Assembly: GCA_004764695.1 (NCBI GenBank)
Contig: SMSO01000037.1
Location: 2,332,747 to 2,396,746 of the forward strand
Reading direction: 5' to 3'
Source: Schizochytrium sp. TIO01
Lineage: Eukaryota; Protista; Bigyra: Labyrinthulomycetes
Length of the DNA: 64,000 bases
Shown here one piece after another: positions 63,301-64,000 of the stretch (within the stretch, counting starts at the first letter, position 1; each line of letters begins with the position of its first letter). The position numbers and the translations under genes were made by a program. Below the pieces are notes generated by a model. The model saw only the letters and a list, made by a program, of their open reading frames with translations, ran no database searches and was not told where the DNA came from.

Positions 63301-64000
63301 TATGTTCACGGCAGACTCAATATTTGTGTGCTATAAATTGAAATCATCAGATTCATTACGTAATGCAGTCAGTTGCTATTTTCTTGTATCTTCCAAATGG
63401 TCGCGACTTTCTCCCTTTTCTTAGTTGATATGAATTATACTGTTTTCTGATGTCATCCACAGAACACGACCTTCCACTGGCGCGAAACGAATATGTATCG
63501 GAGAGCTTCATGCATTCACTTGCGGTGCACTAGCCTTGCCCCGGCCTACTATATACTCGCCCCAACGCAACGCGGATGCTTTTAGCTTCTGTCTAATTAT
63601 TTTAATCAAAAAGGAAAAAGAAATTCTAAAAGCGAAAAAAGAAAAACTCACGTCGAGCAACTTGGGCGCCTGACCGGAATTAAATTATCTCTCCTCTACA
63701 TCCAAACTGGTTGCTCCTCACTCCCCACTAATCCTAAATTTACATTCTTTCACATGGTGATCAACATTATGTACGTGTGAAAAGGGTAACCATTAATTTT
63801 CTTACGTTTATGCATAAAATAAACTTTATATTTGGAAAAACAAAAAGAAGAAAAGCTTGCCATGCAAATATAGTCAGTACCTTCTATAATTGATGGTAGG
63901 TAGCAGTTACAAATAGTAGCTCGTTCGACCGCCTTTTCTTGTGTTTTCTCGCCTCCTCACGGCACTCCGTAGTCCGGACGGCACTTTGGGTGCGTCAGTC

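Noticed and set aside
30000-64000. Endogenous mirusvirus or giant-virus insertion
   Set aside because: No recognisable capsid, terminase, portal or polymerase motifs; only unassigned decayed ORFs, reported separately.
60400-64000. Protein genes in the last 3.6 kb
   Set aside because: Only short motif-less ORFs in AT-rich sequence; cannot support a call.

Overview
Eukaryotic (stramenopile, thraustochytrid-like; Aurantiochytrium/Schizochytrium-like from the 18S sequence and the overall architecture, not database-checked) window in which two chromosome ends are joined head-to-head across a 167-N gap (14924-15090). Each end reads rDNA (transcribed toward the telomere) > unique spacer > ~415-bp repeats > ~535-bp repeats > ~366-bp repeats > (TTAGG)n. 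The left arm carries two insertions missing from the right arm. One is a 483-bp TG..CA solo-LTR-like element with a 4-bp TSD. The other is a 3069-bp '406-bp satellite' that resolves into a tandem-array miniature Copia-type LTR retrotransposon (TRIM): 8 x 227-bp LTRs, 7 x 179-bp internal segments, a half-tRNA-iMet primer-binding site, a PPT and a 5-bp TSD. This is the most notable finding. Inward of the right-arm 18S-5.8S-28S unit are four tRNA genes, a 5S gene, decayed ORFs, a Crinkler-like nuclease-fold+kinase gene, ferrochelatase, an RGS protein, a membrane-associated P-loop NTPase and ADA2. Three single-base homopolymer indels in housekeeping genes look like assembly errors. All calls are by eye and no searches were run.
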